From a virus, in IMG/VR virus record IMGVR_UViG_3300046779_002349, positions 1 through 64,000 of that record: a stretch of DNA of 64,000 nucleotides, one strand, 5' to 3'. The stretch's first letter is position 1, and the number at the start of each line of letters is the position of its first letter. The position numbers were made by a program, and so were the translations under genes. The notes under the pieces are model-generated. The model had not been told where the DNA came from and did not search any database. It was given only the letters and a program-made list of their open reading frames with translations. Shown piece after piece: positions 1 to 9,493 of the stretch.

Positions 1-423
1 GTATAAATTTTTATTAAACTTATATGTAAACATTTTATGTTTCAACTTAAAAACTGGGTCAAGCATCCCTTTAATATCTACCACAACTACCTTACTAGGG
101 ATGCTGTTGGTGAATTCTTTTTTCTTTGTAAAAAAAGCAAAATCAGCTACATAGTAAATGGGTCTAATTTTATTACCCTGAGGATCTACGTATGCAGGCT
201 GTAAAAGAAACTTAGGCTGCATTACAAAACTAGATTTACCAAAAGCTTCTTTAAACATTAAATAAGCATCCTTTTCGATCATCGAATCGAAAAGGATTTT
301 ATCGGCAGTTCTTCTATCGACATCCGCTACAGTAATTCTTCCGGCTTTCTTTTCTCCGAAATTATCAACTCCTAGGGATTCTACGATAGAAACAAATTTA
401 TCGTTATGTGCGTGCATGCACAT
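1..423 (-). CDS. DUF1064-like PD-(D/E)XK endonuclease (3' end runs off the window; not in the ORF track)
   Basis: Own translation from the ATG at 423: ...ILFDSMIEKDAY...QPKFLLQP...IRPIYYVADF...VVVDIKGMLDPVFKLKHKMF, the DUF1064 motif order. Confidence 0.7.
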   Translation of the reverse strand, partial: MCMHAHNDKFVSIVESLGVDNFGEKKAGRITVADVDRRTADKILFDSMIEKDAYLMFKEAFGKSSFVMQPKFLLQPAYVDPQGNKIRPIYYVADFAFFTKKKEFTNSIPSKVVVVDIKGMLDPVFKLKHKMFTYKFNKNLY

Positions 424-431
424 AATTATCA

Positions 432-1664
432 TCAACTCAGCGCATCGTCAACAATGTCTTTTGTTTTTTCTTTAAACATTTTAGGATTACTATTAATCAT
501 ATCCATGATCTGAGCTACGATACCTTGATTACCCATAGGCATTTCTTCCATTAAATCATAATCATCATAAGTATCTTCCTCTTCATCATCTTCGTCGTCC
601 TCTTCTTCCTCCTCAGTCTCGTCAACCATTACTGGCGTACCAACCATAGGAACTTCCTTAATCATTCCCTCTCCCATAGTAGCCGCTATTTTGCAAAGAA
701 CGGCAATGTCCTCATCGTCCATACTGGTAACTTTATCCAGGAAGTAAGCCGATTTCTCGAACAAGGTATCCATAGTTGCCAAGGAGTACAAAGTTTGCAG
801 TTCGGGAGTTTTGGCGATTACTGCGGATACGATAGCTAGACCATCGTTGTTTAGTTCCCCTGACAAATCACCTGCACTCTTAGTCATGTCGATAATAGCT
901 TGAGTATCTTGGTAGGCAACTACATCGCAGAGGTCGTTATACTTTCCAGCAATAACTGCACCGTACAAAGAATCCAAAAGAGGATTGTCGTCATTTGCTT
1001 GCTTTGCCATAAACCCAGCAAATGTCATACCCATCTCATAATCTCGTTCCGTGAGATCTTTCGTGCTGGCCATTTTGATTGGATTCCCTTCCTCGTCAAC
1101 GTACCTAGTCTCCACACGCGACGGACTTGTATCCATCATGGCTTTCCGTTTTAGATTTTCTTTTCGAGAATCAGCAATAGAAGGAAATTGTTTTCTAAGT
1201 GATTGATATGTAATTGCTCCAGAAGCAAGGGCGGCCAAAATTAAAGCACCAACTGGCGCGCCCGACATAAGTAGCTCGGATTGACTTACTGGCTTACCTT
1301 CGTTTGCAGTTTTCGTTACTGTGTCTGTGTAAATAGACTGAGCCTCATCCAGATCTTTTTGCAGCTGTTTCTTTTTGAGTAGTTGATACAGCTTTGACAA
1401 TGCCACATAAGAAGCTACACCTGCACCCAATCCTCCTGCTACAGCTACGCCTGCATTCAAAGAAGCACTCTTATTAACTCCAGGAATAGTCTTATCAATA
1501 TAGATCGTGTCGTCGTCTAGAGAATTAGGATCATTCTCCATTTTAGCTTTTTGGTTCAAATACTTTACGTAGTCGATTAGGGCTGCGGTTCCTGCTGTAG
1601 CTGCGCCTAAGCCAGCTCCACCCAACAAAAACTTGGTAATTAGTTGTTTATCTCTATTGTTCAT
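432..1664 (-). CDS. Putative virion/head-internal protein with Gly/Ala-rich hydrophobic segments and repeated K-x-A motifs
   Basis: 410 aa; three hydrophobic GA-rich stretches; KSAS, KTAN, KMAS, KQAN, KSAG, KSAY, KIAA; acidic tail; near the portal candidate. Confidence 0.45.
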   Translation of the reverse strand: MNNRDKQLITKFLLGGAGLGAATAGTAALIDYVKYLNQKAKMENDPNSLDDDTIYIDKTIPGVNKSASLNAGVAVAGGLGAGVASYVALSKLYQLLKKKQLQKDLDEAQSIYTDTVTKTANEGKPVSQSELLMSGAPVGALILAALASGAITYQSLRKQFPSIADSRKENLKRKAMMDTSPSRVETRYVDEEGNPIKMASTKDLTERDYEMGMTFAGFMAKQANDDNPLLDSLYGAVIAGKYNDLCDVVAYQDTQAIIDMTKSAGDLSGELNNDGLAIVSAVIAKTPELQTLYSLATMDTLFEKSAYFLDKVTSMDDEDIAVLCKIAATMGEGMIKEVPMVGTPVMVDETEEEEEDDEDDEEEDTYDDYDLMEEMPMGNQGIVAQIMDMINSNPKMFKEKTKDIVDDALS

Positions 1665-1665
1665 T

Positions 1666-2070
1666 TTATCCTGGGATTAAGTAATAAAGTTGTTTGTATG
1701 TAACCATAGCAACATAGTCATCGTTGATTCTATGATCTGCAATAATAACTCGAGGTTCTGTTTCTGGATGCGTTTTCTTTAGTAGCTCGTTGTAGCGAGA
1801 AAGGTCTTCTTTATCGGTTAGTTTGAATACATCAGCTTGAGGAAATCCAAATTTAACTGTTTCTGGAAATTTCTCAAATTGGTCTACCAGGGAAGGGTAA
1901 TCAGCATAAGAACCAGACTCATAATTAAGTTTTAATTTTTTTTCTGCAGGTACACTTTGTTCCTCTTCTGATGTTGGTTCGTCTGCGGCTAAAGACTCGT
2001 CCTCTGCTGAAGCTCCAGGAGAAAAGTCATCTTTCAAATCGTCATCGGTATCGTCGTATATGAAAGCCAT
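1666..2070 (-). CDS. Hypothetical protein
   Basis: 134 aa ORF abutting its neighbours in the operon. Confidence 0.6.
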   Translation of the reverse strand: MAFIYDDTDDDLKDDFSPGASAEDESLAADEPTSEEEQSVPAEKKLKLNYESGSYADYPSLVDQFEKFPETVKFGFPQADVFKLTDKEDLSRYNELLKKTHPETEPRVIIADHRINDDYVAMVTYKQLYYLIPG

Positions 2071-2621
2071 TATCCTAGGTATGTTTGCTCAATTTTTTCG
2101 TTTTCTTTTTCGCGATCAACCCGACCCTTTAGCTTATGGTACTCTTTAATACCGGCTTCAAGTTTTGCGATTTCGTCTTCGTCTGGGCCCTGTAGCGCTC
2201 TCCGTCCAGCCCATCCTGCAGCTCCTGCGGTGGCCCCCGAAAGAATAGCTAGAGCCAAAAATCCTTTTAGTAATGTAGGAGCGTAGTTTGCGGCGGTAGC
2301 GGTAGCAGCCGCAGGCAGTCCAGCTTCTTTTGTTAGTTGATGCAATTCGTAAGCTTGATCTAAAGCAAAATCTACAATATCTGGATGGATATCCTCAGGG
2401 GGAGTACTTGCGATCTTTTTCATAAGAATTCCGGCAAATACTCCTTCTTCTCCTAGGTTGGGTAGAAGCATAGAAGCTTCTTTACAGAAGTTAGCAGCCA
2501 GTCTAGCTCTTTCGTAGCTATCCTCTTCCACCATATCAAAATACGACTGCTCTGCCACGGGAACTCCCATTTCGGACAGAGCTAATGTTTTACCTAATGC
2601 TTTAAAATCAATTGCTGGCAT
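2070..2621 (-). CDS. Putative virion protein (K-x-A motifs, hydrophobic Gly/Ala helix)
   Basis: KEAS, KIAS, KEAG followed by LLKGFLALAILSGATAGAAGWAG. Confidence 0.45.
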   Translation of the reverse strand: MPAIDFKALGKTLALSEMGVPVAEQSYFDMVEEDSYERARLAANFCKEASMLLPNLGEEGVFAGILMKKIASTPPEDIHPDIVDFALDQAYELHQLTKEAGLPAAATATAANYAPTLLKGFLALAILSGATAGAAGWAGRRALQGPDEDEIAKLEAGIKEYHKLKGRVDREKENEKIEQTYLG

Positions 2622-2641
2622 GTTGTTATTGTATCACTGCG

Positions 2642-3400
2642 TTACATAAAGTTCAATAGTTTTTTCCTACCGTAAGCATCTACCATAAAGGGATTGTGCG
2701 AATTAAATCCTACAACTCCGCCTAGTATGGACCCGCCTAAAGTACCCCAAAAACCTCCACCTAAAAATCTAGCTAGAATAGCTCCTACGCTAGCACCGAA
2801 AGCTGTTTTTAACAATCTACTTATTTCACTGATTTGTGATTCTGGTAGACTGCGAACTTGTCTAATCATTCTTTCTTTAGTACCAGGGTCTATACCTGAC
2901 TCAGACATGATTTTTTGTTGGATAAAATTTAGATCAGAAAACGAACTTTGTTTCTGCATGGCGTCTATGTTCTTAGCCACGTTCTCATTTGATCTACGTG
3001 CATAAACCCCCAAACCAGCGCCCAAACCAGCTCCAATCAGAGCATCTCTCAGTGGAGAGTCGCTACCTCTCAATAAAGCTACGGTTAACCCTCCTAAAGC
3101 TCCCGCTCCAGCACCGTATCCTAGTGCGTTTCCGTAAGTTGTATTTACGGCATTGTCTCTATGCTTTCCAAGAAAGTTACCAGCAGAGGCGAAATAAGGA
3201 CCAAATTTTTCTTTTGCTCCCCACATCAAATCCTCAATTGGATTTGTTTCTTTAGTAGGGGACCATCTCTCGTGAACAAACTTTCCAGGATTCTGTCTTG
3301 CATAATCTGGATCATTAGCCAAGCGTAGTTCTTCTTCTGTCGCCGAGTTGATAGACCCTTCAAACTGAGGGTTTCTTCGGATTAAGTCTTCCTTATTCAT
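2642..3400 (-). CDS. Putative virion protein with glycine-zipper segments
   Basis: GYGAGAGALGG...GAGLGAGLG and GGFWGTLGGSILGGVVG. Confidence 0.45.
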   Translation of the reverse strand: MNKEDLIRRNPQFEGSINSATEEELRLANDPDYARQNPGKFVHERWSPTKETNPIEDLMWGAKEKFGPYFASAGNFLGKHRDNAVNTTYGNALGYGAGAGALGGLTVALLRGSDSPLRDALIGAGLGAGLGVYARRSNENVAKNIDAMQKQSSFSDLNFIQQKIMSESGIDPGTKERMIRQVRSLPESQISEISRLLKTAFGASVGAILARFLGGGFWGTLGGSILGGVVGFNSHNPFMVDAYGRKKLLNFM

Positions 3401-3581
3401 TGATAGTTTCTGGGTTGATTACTTCTCCTCTGCCGTTCTGCATACCTGGAGACATTCGAAATTCTGGTAGAGGAGGAAGCGCGTCTTTAGTATTTTCACG
3501 ATTAATAGGACCATCCGAAGGTTCGCTTTTCCGAATCTTCTTTACGGTGGACTTTAGTTGATCAATTTTAATCTTTTTCAT
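3393..3581 (-). CDS. Small hypothetical protein
   Basis: 62 aa; overlaps both neighbours by a few bases. Confidence 0.5.
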   Translation of the reverse strand: MKKIKIDQLKSTVKKIRKSEPSDGPINRENTKDALPPLPEFRMSPGMQNGRGEVINPETINE

Positions 3582-5371
3582 TATTGTGGATTAACAGCCT
3601 GATTTCTTCCTTGTCCTTCTGCGTCAGTTCTAATTTGTTTTAAATACTGAGTAGCTAGGGCGTGTAGTTCTACATTTGTATTTCTTGTATTTTCCATATC
3701 CTGCTTTCTCGTAGCTTCCGGCATAGCTGCCCAGTCTTTCGCCTTCTGCATTGCCTCCTCTTGACGAGAAAGAGGAGTGACTGGACCAGCAGCACCTTGA
3801 GCACCTCCAGCGCCTTGTGTCTGCAGTTCTGCAAGAGTTGTCTCTTTCTCTTTCTGGAACTGCATTTCCTCCACGCTTCGGCTTTTCTCGAACTGCGAGT
3901 CCTCTTTGAGTCTTCTCTTGTAGGAATCCACAGGAGAACCCAAGGAGAGTAGTTCGTAAATCGCTTCCCGAGGAGCTTCCCCACCGGATACGAGCTGCAT
4001 AACATAATTCATTCTCTCCACGCTGTCTGCGATTCTTGGTGGAGCCAGATGAATTTCAAATTCATTAATACGCAAGAAGGCGCAAACTCTCTTGTTTACC
4101 CATTTTAAAAACTTATTGAAGTTATGAGGAATGTGGTGATAAGCGCGTTCAAACAACCTGAGAGCAGGAGGTATCTGTTGATAAGCGAGGGAACCTCTAA
4201 ATAGTTCTGCTGGGTATCCTAATCCGTTGAGCAAAGCGTCAGTTTGCCAAGCAAGCAAATCCTTAGGAGTAAAGTTCTTGCCGTTACCATTTACTTCCTG
4301 GTAGCTAGTAGCCATAGGTACAGCAAACATGGAGTCCTTGTTATCACGGAATTTTTTAATCATGTCTCCCATGTTCTTTTTCCACATGGCAATATTAACT
4401 GTGGATCCTGCATCCATTCCACCGCTGGTTCCGTTGATGCCAGGACTGAATAAACGCAAAGGAACCAAGTAATCTTTGGCTAGAGTCTCGTCAGCTTTAC
4501 GGTATAACTGCCACTGAAACAAGTCTCTGTAATGGGCAATAGGAGCTGGGATACCTAATCCGTTTTTCGATACGCCTGTAATAGTTGGCGGTGCATAAAT
4601 AAACACAGCAGACTTATCGAAAATAAATGCCATGTCTTTAGCAATAGCTTGCAACATACTCTTATGAGTATTATTGATGTAGAAAATATTGTTATTGCGT
4701 ATGTATTGAAGCTCCTCTGGGTCGAACTTATAGATAACATCAATCTTTCCAGATTGAGGAGCTTTTCTCAATTTAAAAAATCTAGGATCGAGATGGATGA
4801 GTTTGATCTCGTCTTCTCGGCGCGCAAAAACATCCTCAAAAGAATAGTCTATTTTAGGACACTTCTCCCAGTCATTATTAAACTTTTGTAGTTGATCTAT
4901 GTCTGGTGCATTAAATGTCAAATGCTTCCAGTCATATTTGAGACGATCTTCTGGAATGGAGTTGATGCTAATTCTTTTTGTTATCGTATTTCCATTAGCA
5001 TCTAGACCTCTTTTAATTAGGTATCGGTCAAAAGGAAGATGCATTCTGACTACGGATACCCCATAACAGAAACCATCCTCTCCCATAGTTTGAAGAGATT
5101 GAAATAAGTCCAGTTTCTCAACCAGGAGTTTCTTTCTAGAAGATCGTTCTTTATAGTCTCCACCTTCTCCCTCAAACTCGATATCAGTAATAAAGTGGGA
5201 AACAACTCTTTTTGTAGCCGCAGCATAACCACTGTTCAGGTTAGTCAAGTGTACGCAGAAATCCAGAGACGACTGTTGATCAACAGGCATAGATTCATTA
5301 GCGTACATGAAGAACGGGTTTGCCCCGCGTTTATTCTTATCGCTGAACGGGCTTTGGATATTCCAACTCAT
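3581..5371 (-). CDS. Probable portal protein
   Basis: 596 aa; portal-like order of segments (GLGIPAPI...LYRKADETLAKDYLVPLRLFSP...LLNGLGYPAELF), helical Q/G-rich C-terminus, head-module context. Confidence 0.55.
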   Translation of the reverse strand: MSWNIQSPFSDKNKRGANPFFMYANESMPVDQQSSLDFCVHLTNLNSGYAAATKRVVSHFITDIEFEGEGGDYKERSSRKKLLVEKLDLFQSLQTMGEDGFCYGVSVVRMHLPFDRYLIKRGLDANGNTITKRISINSIPEDRLKYDWKHLTFNAPDIDQLQKFNNDWEKCPKIDYSFEDVFARREDEIKLIHLDPRFFKLRKAPQSGKIDVIYKFDPEELQYIRNNNIFYINNTHKSMLQAIAKDMAFIFDKSAVFIYAPPTITGVSKNGLGIPAPIAHYRDLFQWQLYRKADETLAKDYLVPLRLFSPGINGTSGGMDAGSTVNIAMWKKNMGDMIKKFRDNKDSMFAVPMATSYQEVNGNGKNFTPKDLLAWQTDALLNGLGYPAELFRGSLAYQQIPPALRLFERAYHHIPHNFNKFLKWVNKRVCAFLRINEFEIHLAPPRIADSVERMNYVMQLVSGGEAPREAIYELLSLGSPVDSYKRRLKEDSQFEKSRSVEEMQFQKEKETTLAELQTQGAGGAQGAAGPVTPLSRQEEAMQKAKDWAAMPEATRKQDMENTRNTNVELHALATQYLKQIRTDAEGQGRNQAVNPQ

Positions 5372-5528
5372 TTTTCAATTTTTCTTTCGTTAAAACCTTA
5401 GATAACTTAGGGACGTCTTTACAGCTGGAGAAAGAAGATACCTTTTCTCCATCATAAAATCCCGCTTCTTTTTTTATCTGGTCATCGACACAAGGGGTGT
5501 TGTCATTGACTACAGCAGATTTAATCAT
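5337..5528 (-). CDS. Small hypothetical protein with K-x-A motifs
   Basis: 63 aa; KSAV, KEAG. Confidence 0.45.
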   Translation of the reverse strand: MIKSAVVNDNTPCVDDQIKKEAGFYDGEKVSSFSSCKDVPKLSKVLTKEKLKNELEYPKPVQR

Positions 5529-5535
5529 ACAACCT

Positions 5536-6129
5536 CTATTTTACCACAAAAATTAGGATTTTAAACAAAAAGTTTTTATCAAATGTAACCTCACCAAGAA
5601 ACATACCACTGGTGTCTGTCAGAGACTCTCCATTTACTTCTCCGCTCAGAACTACCTCTGAGGCTACAGGCAAAGAAATTTCTAATGAGTTATCGGCTTT
5701 TACAAAAACCGATAAATAGTTATCTTCTTTTTTAACCAACAAAGGATTGATTTTTACTTTAAATGGAAAACCAGGAATTCCCAACATTAATTTGTTTTTA
5801 CCTCCCCTCTGGTTCACTATACCAGAGTACCAGGATATGAGATTTTCTGTTTCAAGCGGATGCCGTTTAATAAAGTCGACAGTAAAACCGCTAATGGGCA
5901 GTTTGTTATCTTCTTTATTTTCTAAAGATGCGGATGATTTAGTATAGTAGGATTCACTTTTTATAAGTGCAGGCGAAGTTGTCTGGCTGGGATCTTCAGG
6001 AGACTCTTCTTTAGTAGGGGCGGAAAGCTCAGCGTATTTCAGCAGCTCGTTTTTTCTACGTACTGCATCGGGTATTCTATGCTTTCCTAAATCAATGTCT
6101 GCTGGTGTGAGTAGATCTGTATTGCTCAT
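5536..6129 (-). CDS. Hypothetical protein
   Basis: 197 aa ORF in the operon. Confidence 0.6.
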   Translation of the reverse strand: MSNTDLLTPADIDLGKHRIPDAVRRKNELLKYAELSAPTKEESPEDPSQTTSPALIKSESYYTKSSASLENKEDNKLPISGFTVDFIKRHPLETENLISWYSGIVNQRGGKNKLMLGIPGFPFKVKINPLLVKKEDNYLSVFVKADNSLEISLPVASEVVLSGEVNGESLTDTSGMFLGEVTFDKNFLFKILIFVVK

Positions 6130-6751
6130 GTAGTGTTTTAATTTTTTTCTTTTTAGCAGTTTTATTTTGATTGTGCAACCACTTAATTAATGTTTTTATG
6201 TTTAAATAATTAAACTCACCAGAACATAAAGTCACTGAGTCTCTAATCATTTCGAATTTAGGGCATTTATCAATTTTTATTTTAATGATAATTCCACTAG
6301 GCCCAGGAACTATGGTTGCCGTTTCTGTGTCGGCTTGTACGCTAGTTCTAACTTTTATACTAAGCTCCTCTGCTTGTACGGAAAATAATCCTGTAAGTAG
6401 AAATAATTTCTCTACATTCGAGATTAGATCGGTAGGCATGTATTTTTCCGTATAGTCGGAAAATGATTTGTTTAAAAAAATTGTGGGGTATATAGATTCC
6501 GAAATAAACTCAGGAAGTTCCTCTTTGTCGAGGTTACCTGCTCGGGTTATACGTACTGAAGTTTTTTTTCTAATCTGAGGACTTTCCTGACTAACCCATT
6601 TATACCAGGTTCTAGTGGAAATTCCTATTTTTTTAAACCAGTCTGTCTTCCTACCTCCGTTACGAGTATAAGAAGACAAACTGGCCGTCAAAAGCTCTAC
6701 TAGCTTTTTGGCATCTTTTGGTTGTAGAAATTTTGACTTTATTTTTCTCAC
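6092..6751 (-). CDS. Putative HTH DNA-binding protein
   Basis: N-terminal DWFKKIGISTRTWYKWV resembles an XRE-type HTH. Confidence 0.4.
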   Translation of the reverse strand: MRKIKSKFLQPKDAKKLVELLTASLSSYTRNGGRKTDWFKKIGISTRTWYKWVSQESPQIRKKTSVRITRAGNLDKEELPEFISESIYPTIFLNKSFSDYTEKYMPTDLISNVEKLFLLTGLFSVQAEELSIKVRTSVQADTETATIVPGPSGIIIKIKIDKCPKFEMIRDSVTLCSGEFNYLNIKTLIKWLHNQNKTAKKKKIKTLHEQYRSTHTSRH

Positions 6752-6940
6752 TTATTCGCGACCAACAATTGCATTATAGGCAGTCTCTAGTGTACTCTCT
6801 CGAGATTCCCTTTGCGTCTCGTAAGCGGTATACAAACGATTAATATCATTGGCATCATATCCTGCTCCGTTAAGTGCAGTTACAAATCCCAATTGTTGTA
6901 CATCTCTGATGTCTTGTAGTGTTTTTGCGTCAATATCCAT
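6752..6940 (-). CDS. Small hypothetical protein
   Basis: 62 aa ORF filling the gap. Confidence 0.55.
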   Translation of the reverse strand: MDIDAKTLQDIRDVQQLGFVTALNGAGYDANDINRLYTAYETQRESRESTLETAYNAIVGRE

Positions 6941-6947
6941 ATTTTTA

Positions 6948-8180
6948 TTAGTCTGGTAGTTTTACTATTTTTGTTGCTACTTGTTCTGGGTTCATGTACT
7001 CGTAGTTTCCTGTTCGTTTGTTTAGAAACAACTGATACAATCGACCGTCAGATCCTATTTTTACTCCTTTAGTGAGACGTGCGTCAACACCAATTCTCTC
7101 GCTGTTTCCAGTCCACCAAGAAGTACCTCCGTTTTCTCTCACTAGAACAGAACCTCCCATAGTGCTAGCACAGTATACTGAGCCTGAGTAAGATACTTCT
7201 TCTGCCTTTTCAATTCGAGTAAAGGTTAGCCCGAACCCATTTGTGGTGTCAACTTCTACTAGAGTGAAGAAAGGCTCTGTCAATAATTCGCTAGCTAAGT
7301 GAATGCGTACGTCATTAGCGAAGTATTTACTATGTTCATTTACTGTGTACACTCGGTGATTCCGTGTCATAGTAAGGCAATCACCTCTATCTGTCCAGAA
7401 GCGAATGAGATTTCCTTTAAAATCTTCTTTAAACAGCTTAAATGGTTTTGCGAAGTAACGGTGATAATTGGGGCCTAGGCAACAAATCAGATCGCTTTCC
7501 GTCACGTTATCCCAAGTTTTCCAACCTTCATCCGTCATTACTTCAACGTAGTCAGGAAAACACTCCGGACCTTCTAGTCCAGACAAAAATCCAAACTGCC
7601 CAGGAGAAACACTTTGCATAGACTCTGTAATCGAGTCCGAGCTTTGGATACCACCTTCACCGAGCTGAGTGACCCTACGTGCGTTTTCCAGCAGGTGGAT
7701 AGGATTAATTTCCTCAAGTGGTGAGCTTAATGGATTTCCTACCAGCTGCTTCTCTCCGTACGAATCGAAATAGAAAGGAGTTAAAAAGGATAAGTTCTTT
7801 CTGTAGGAGGCAGCAGCAAGAAGTTTTTTTCTAGCACCTGTACCGTCGTTTCTAATTCTTTCAGAAATCTGTTTATTGACGGGGAACATCTTTTTAAACA
7901 TAAGTTCATCCCTATTGTCTGTTTCGTCAATTCCCTTATTAACATTCAACAACTTTTGAGAAGAGCTTAGCAAACCACTTACACCAAAACTTGTATATGG
8001 TTCCTCCTCAGCATCATAATCATAGGATACTGATTTAGTAAAATCTTCCAGCTTTTCTTGATTAGATCTTTTGTCCTCTAATTCTTCTTTTGTATCTTCT
8101 AAGTCTTTATCCGCTGATTCTTTTTTAAGTTCTTCAGCTTTTACAAAGGTTAGAATTCTTTTAAATAGGTCTTCACTCAT
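6948..8180 (-). CDS. rpoB: RNA polymerase beta subunit fragment 2 (fork-loop-2/rifampicin region), intein-containing
   Basis: NPIHLLENARRVTQLGEGGI...SVSPGQFGFLSGLEGPE|SERIGVD aligns with bacterial RpoB [20 protein letters not shown]...[24 protein letters not shown]. Confidence 0.85.
   Translation of the reverse strand: MSEDLFKRILTFVKAEELKKESADKDLEDTKEELEDKRSNQEKLEDFTKSVSYDYDAEEEPYTSFGVSGLLSSSQKLLNVNKGIDETDNRDELMFKKMFPVNKQISERIRNDGTGARKKLLAAASYRKNLSFLTPFYFDSYGEKQLVGNPLSSPLEEINPIHLLENARRVTQLGEGGIQSSDSITESMQSVSPGQFGFLSGLEGPECFPDYVEVMTDEGWKTWDNVTESDLICCLGPNYHRYFAKPFKLFKEDFKGNLIRFWTDRGDCLTMTRNHRVYTVNEHSKYFANDVRIHLASELLTEPFFTLVEVDTTNGFGLTFTRIEKAEEVSYSGSVYCASTMGGSVLVRENGGTSWWTGNSERIGVDARLTKGVKIGSDGRLYQLFLNKRTGNYEYMNPEQVATKIVKLPD
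7104..7562 (-). mobile_element. Mini-intein (153 aa, no homing endonuclease) in the RpoB fragment
   Basis: Begins CFPDYVEVMTDEGWK (block A), TRNHRVY (block B TxxH), YSGSVYC (block F), ends WWTGN followed by +1 Ser; removing it restores GPE-SERIG. Confidence 0.88.
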
Positions 8181-9450
8181 TTTTCATTTCGTTTAAAATT
8201 TCCATAAATTTACTACCAGAGAATGCGGCTTGTTTTAAAAGCTCAGTATCGGATCTTTTTTCCTCAAGAGTATAGTAAGTTTCAAGCATAAGACCCTCTG
8301 CTAATTGATCGTCCAATTCTGCTGTAGCGTCAATTCCCCAAGCCGCAGCATTAATAAGAACTTCTGGTGATTTATCTAATTTCGCAAAATGAGCCGCTGC
8401 TTTTCGCCAGGCTAATTTATTTTCCTCGTCTACAGGGGAAGTATTACCCGCCTCATAATTATGGTACCAGGCAATCCATTTTAGCTGGGAGGGAATGATA
8501 GCTTCCTCTTCACTTGCACTTTTAAGCATTTCTTCTACTTCTGGTTTATCTATTAAGTAATAATCCAAGCAGGTATGAGAGTCATAGGCTGGAGCAAAAG
8601 GAGGTAACATTGCTTCGTTTACAACTTCTTTAGCAATGAACTCGGCTCGCTTTTCCAAATCAAATTTTAAAGGTAGATTTCTTTTTGTTACTCTTTCATG
8701 TACTTGAGCTTTCTCAAAGAAGTCACGGAGCATGGCAGCTTTGTCGGGATTTTCTCCAGCATTTCTTTTTTGGAAAGCAGGTACAATTTTTTCGTAAGCT
8801 CTATTAATAGCAGTGGGGTCATACTTAGAGGCGTTTACTCGATATAATTCTTCTCCCCAAGTATTTTTTAATTCTTCCTCGTCTACTCCCATATCTTTCA
8901 TAAGCGAGTAAAGATGTAGGTTGGAGTTTTTAATTTTTAGAGAGTACTGTCCAGTTTCTGATTCTAGACCAATACGGAAAGAGCTGCCTGTACCTGGTCT
9001 TGTATTTACCTGAGTCTCTAGATTTCCGTTCTCTTGTCTTCTTGTATAAACTCCAGGGATAAGTCTACTTTGCATCAAGCTACCATAGTCGCTACCTCCG
9101 TGAATGAAAGTACCTCTATCGGTTAGGTAGGGAACTCTCATTAGAGTAGTTTCTTTTTCATCCAGTACATTACCGTCCAAATCAAATAGAGATACTTTTC
9201 CTTTTAATTTCCTTCCTAGAAACTGATCTTTCGCCAGCGCTTCTTTTTCTTGTTTCTTTGAAAAAGTCGGAGGATCTACGTACTCTAGATTCGATACGCG
9301 CATTACTACATTTCCGTATTTCTGAGGAAAGCTTTTCTCTACAGCCTTAATTGTGTCCTGATAAATGTCTTCACGAAGTGTAGCAAAATCTTCTGGATCT
9401 CTAAGGCGCACACCTTGAGGTTCTATAATTTTTGCGTTTGGATTTAGCAT
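8173..9450 (-). CDS. rpoB: RNA polymerase beta subunit fragment 1 (N-terminal region) with a C-terminal extension
   Basis: MRVPYLTDRGTFIHGGSDYGSLMQSRLIPGVY matches RpoB IPLMTxxGTFIINGxERVIVSQLxRSPGVY; ATG at 9450 chosen because it lies 6 nt after a -10-like box. Confidence 0.8.
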   Translation of the reverse strand: MLNPNAKIIEPQGVRLRDPEDFATLREDIYQDTIKAVEKSFPQKYGNVVMRVSNLEYVDPPTFSKKQEKEALAKDQFLGRKLKGKVSLFDLDGNVLDEKETTLMRVPYLTDRGTFIHGGSDYGSLMQSRLIPGVYTRRQENGNLETQVNTRPGTGSSFRIGLESETGQYSLKIKNSNLHLYSLMKDMGVDEEELKNTWGEELYRVNASKYDPTAINRAYEKIVPAFQKRNAGENPDKAAMLRDFFEKAQVHERVTKRNLPLKFDLEKRAEFIAKEVVNEAMLPPFAPAYDSHTCLDYYLIDKPEVEEMLKSASEEEAIIPSQLKWIAWYHNYEAGNTSPVDEENKLAWRKAAAHFAKLDKSPEVLINAAAWGIDATAELDDQLAEGLMLETYYTLEEKRSDTELLKQAAFSGSKFMEILNEMKNE

Positions 9451-9456
9451 TTGCAT

Positions 9457-9484
9457 ATATTGGCATATCAGCAAATAAAGGCAA
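9457..9484 (-). promoter_or_regulatory. Sigma70-like promoter TTGCCT-N16-CAATAT upstream of the rpoB fragments
   Basis: Same geometry as at least five other intergenic sites in the window. Confidence 0.5.
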
Positions 9485-9493
9485 GTAAAATAT

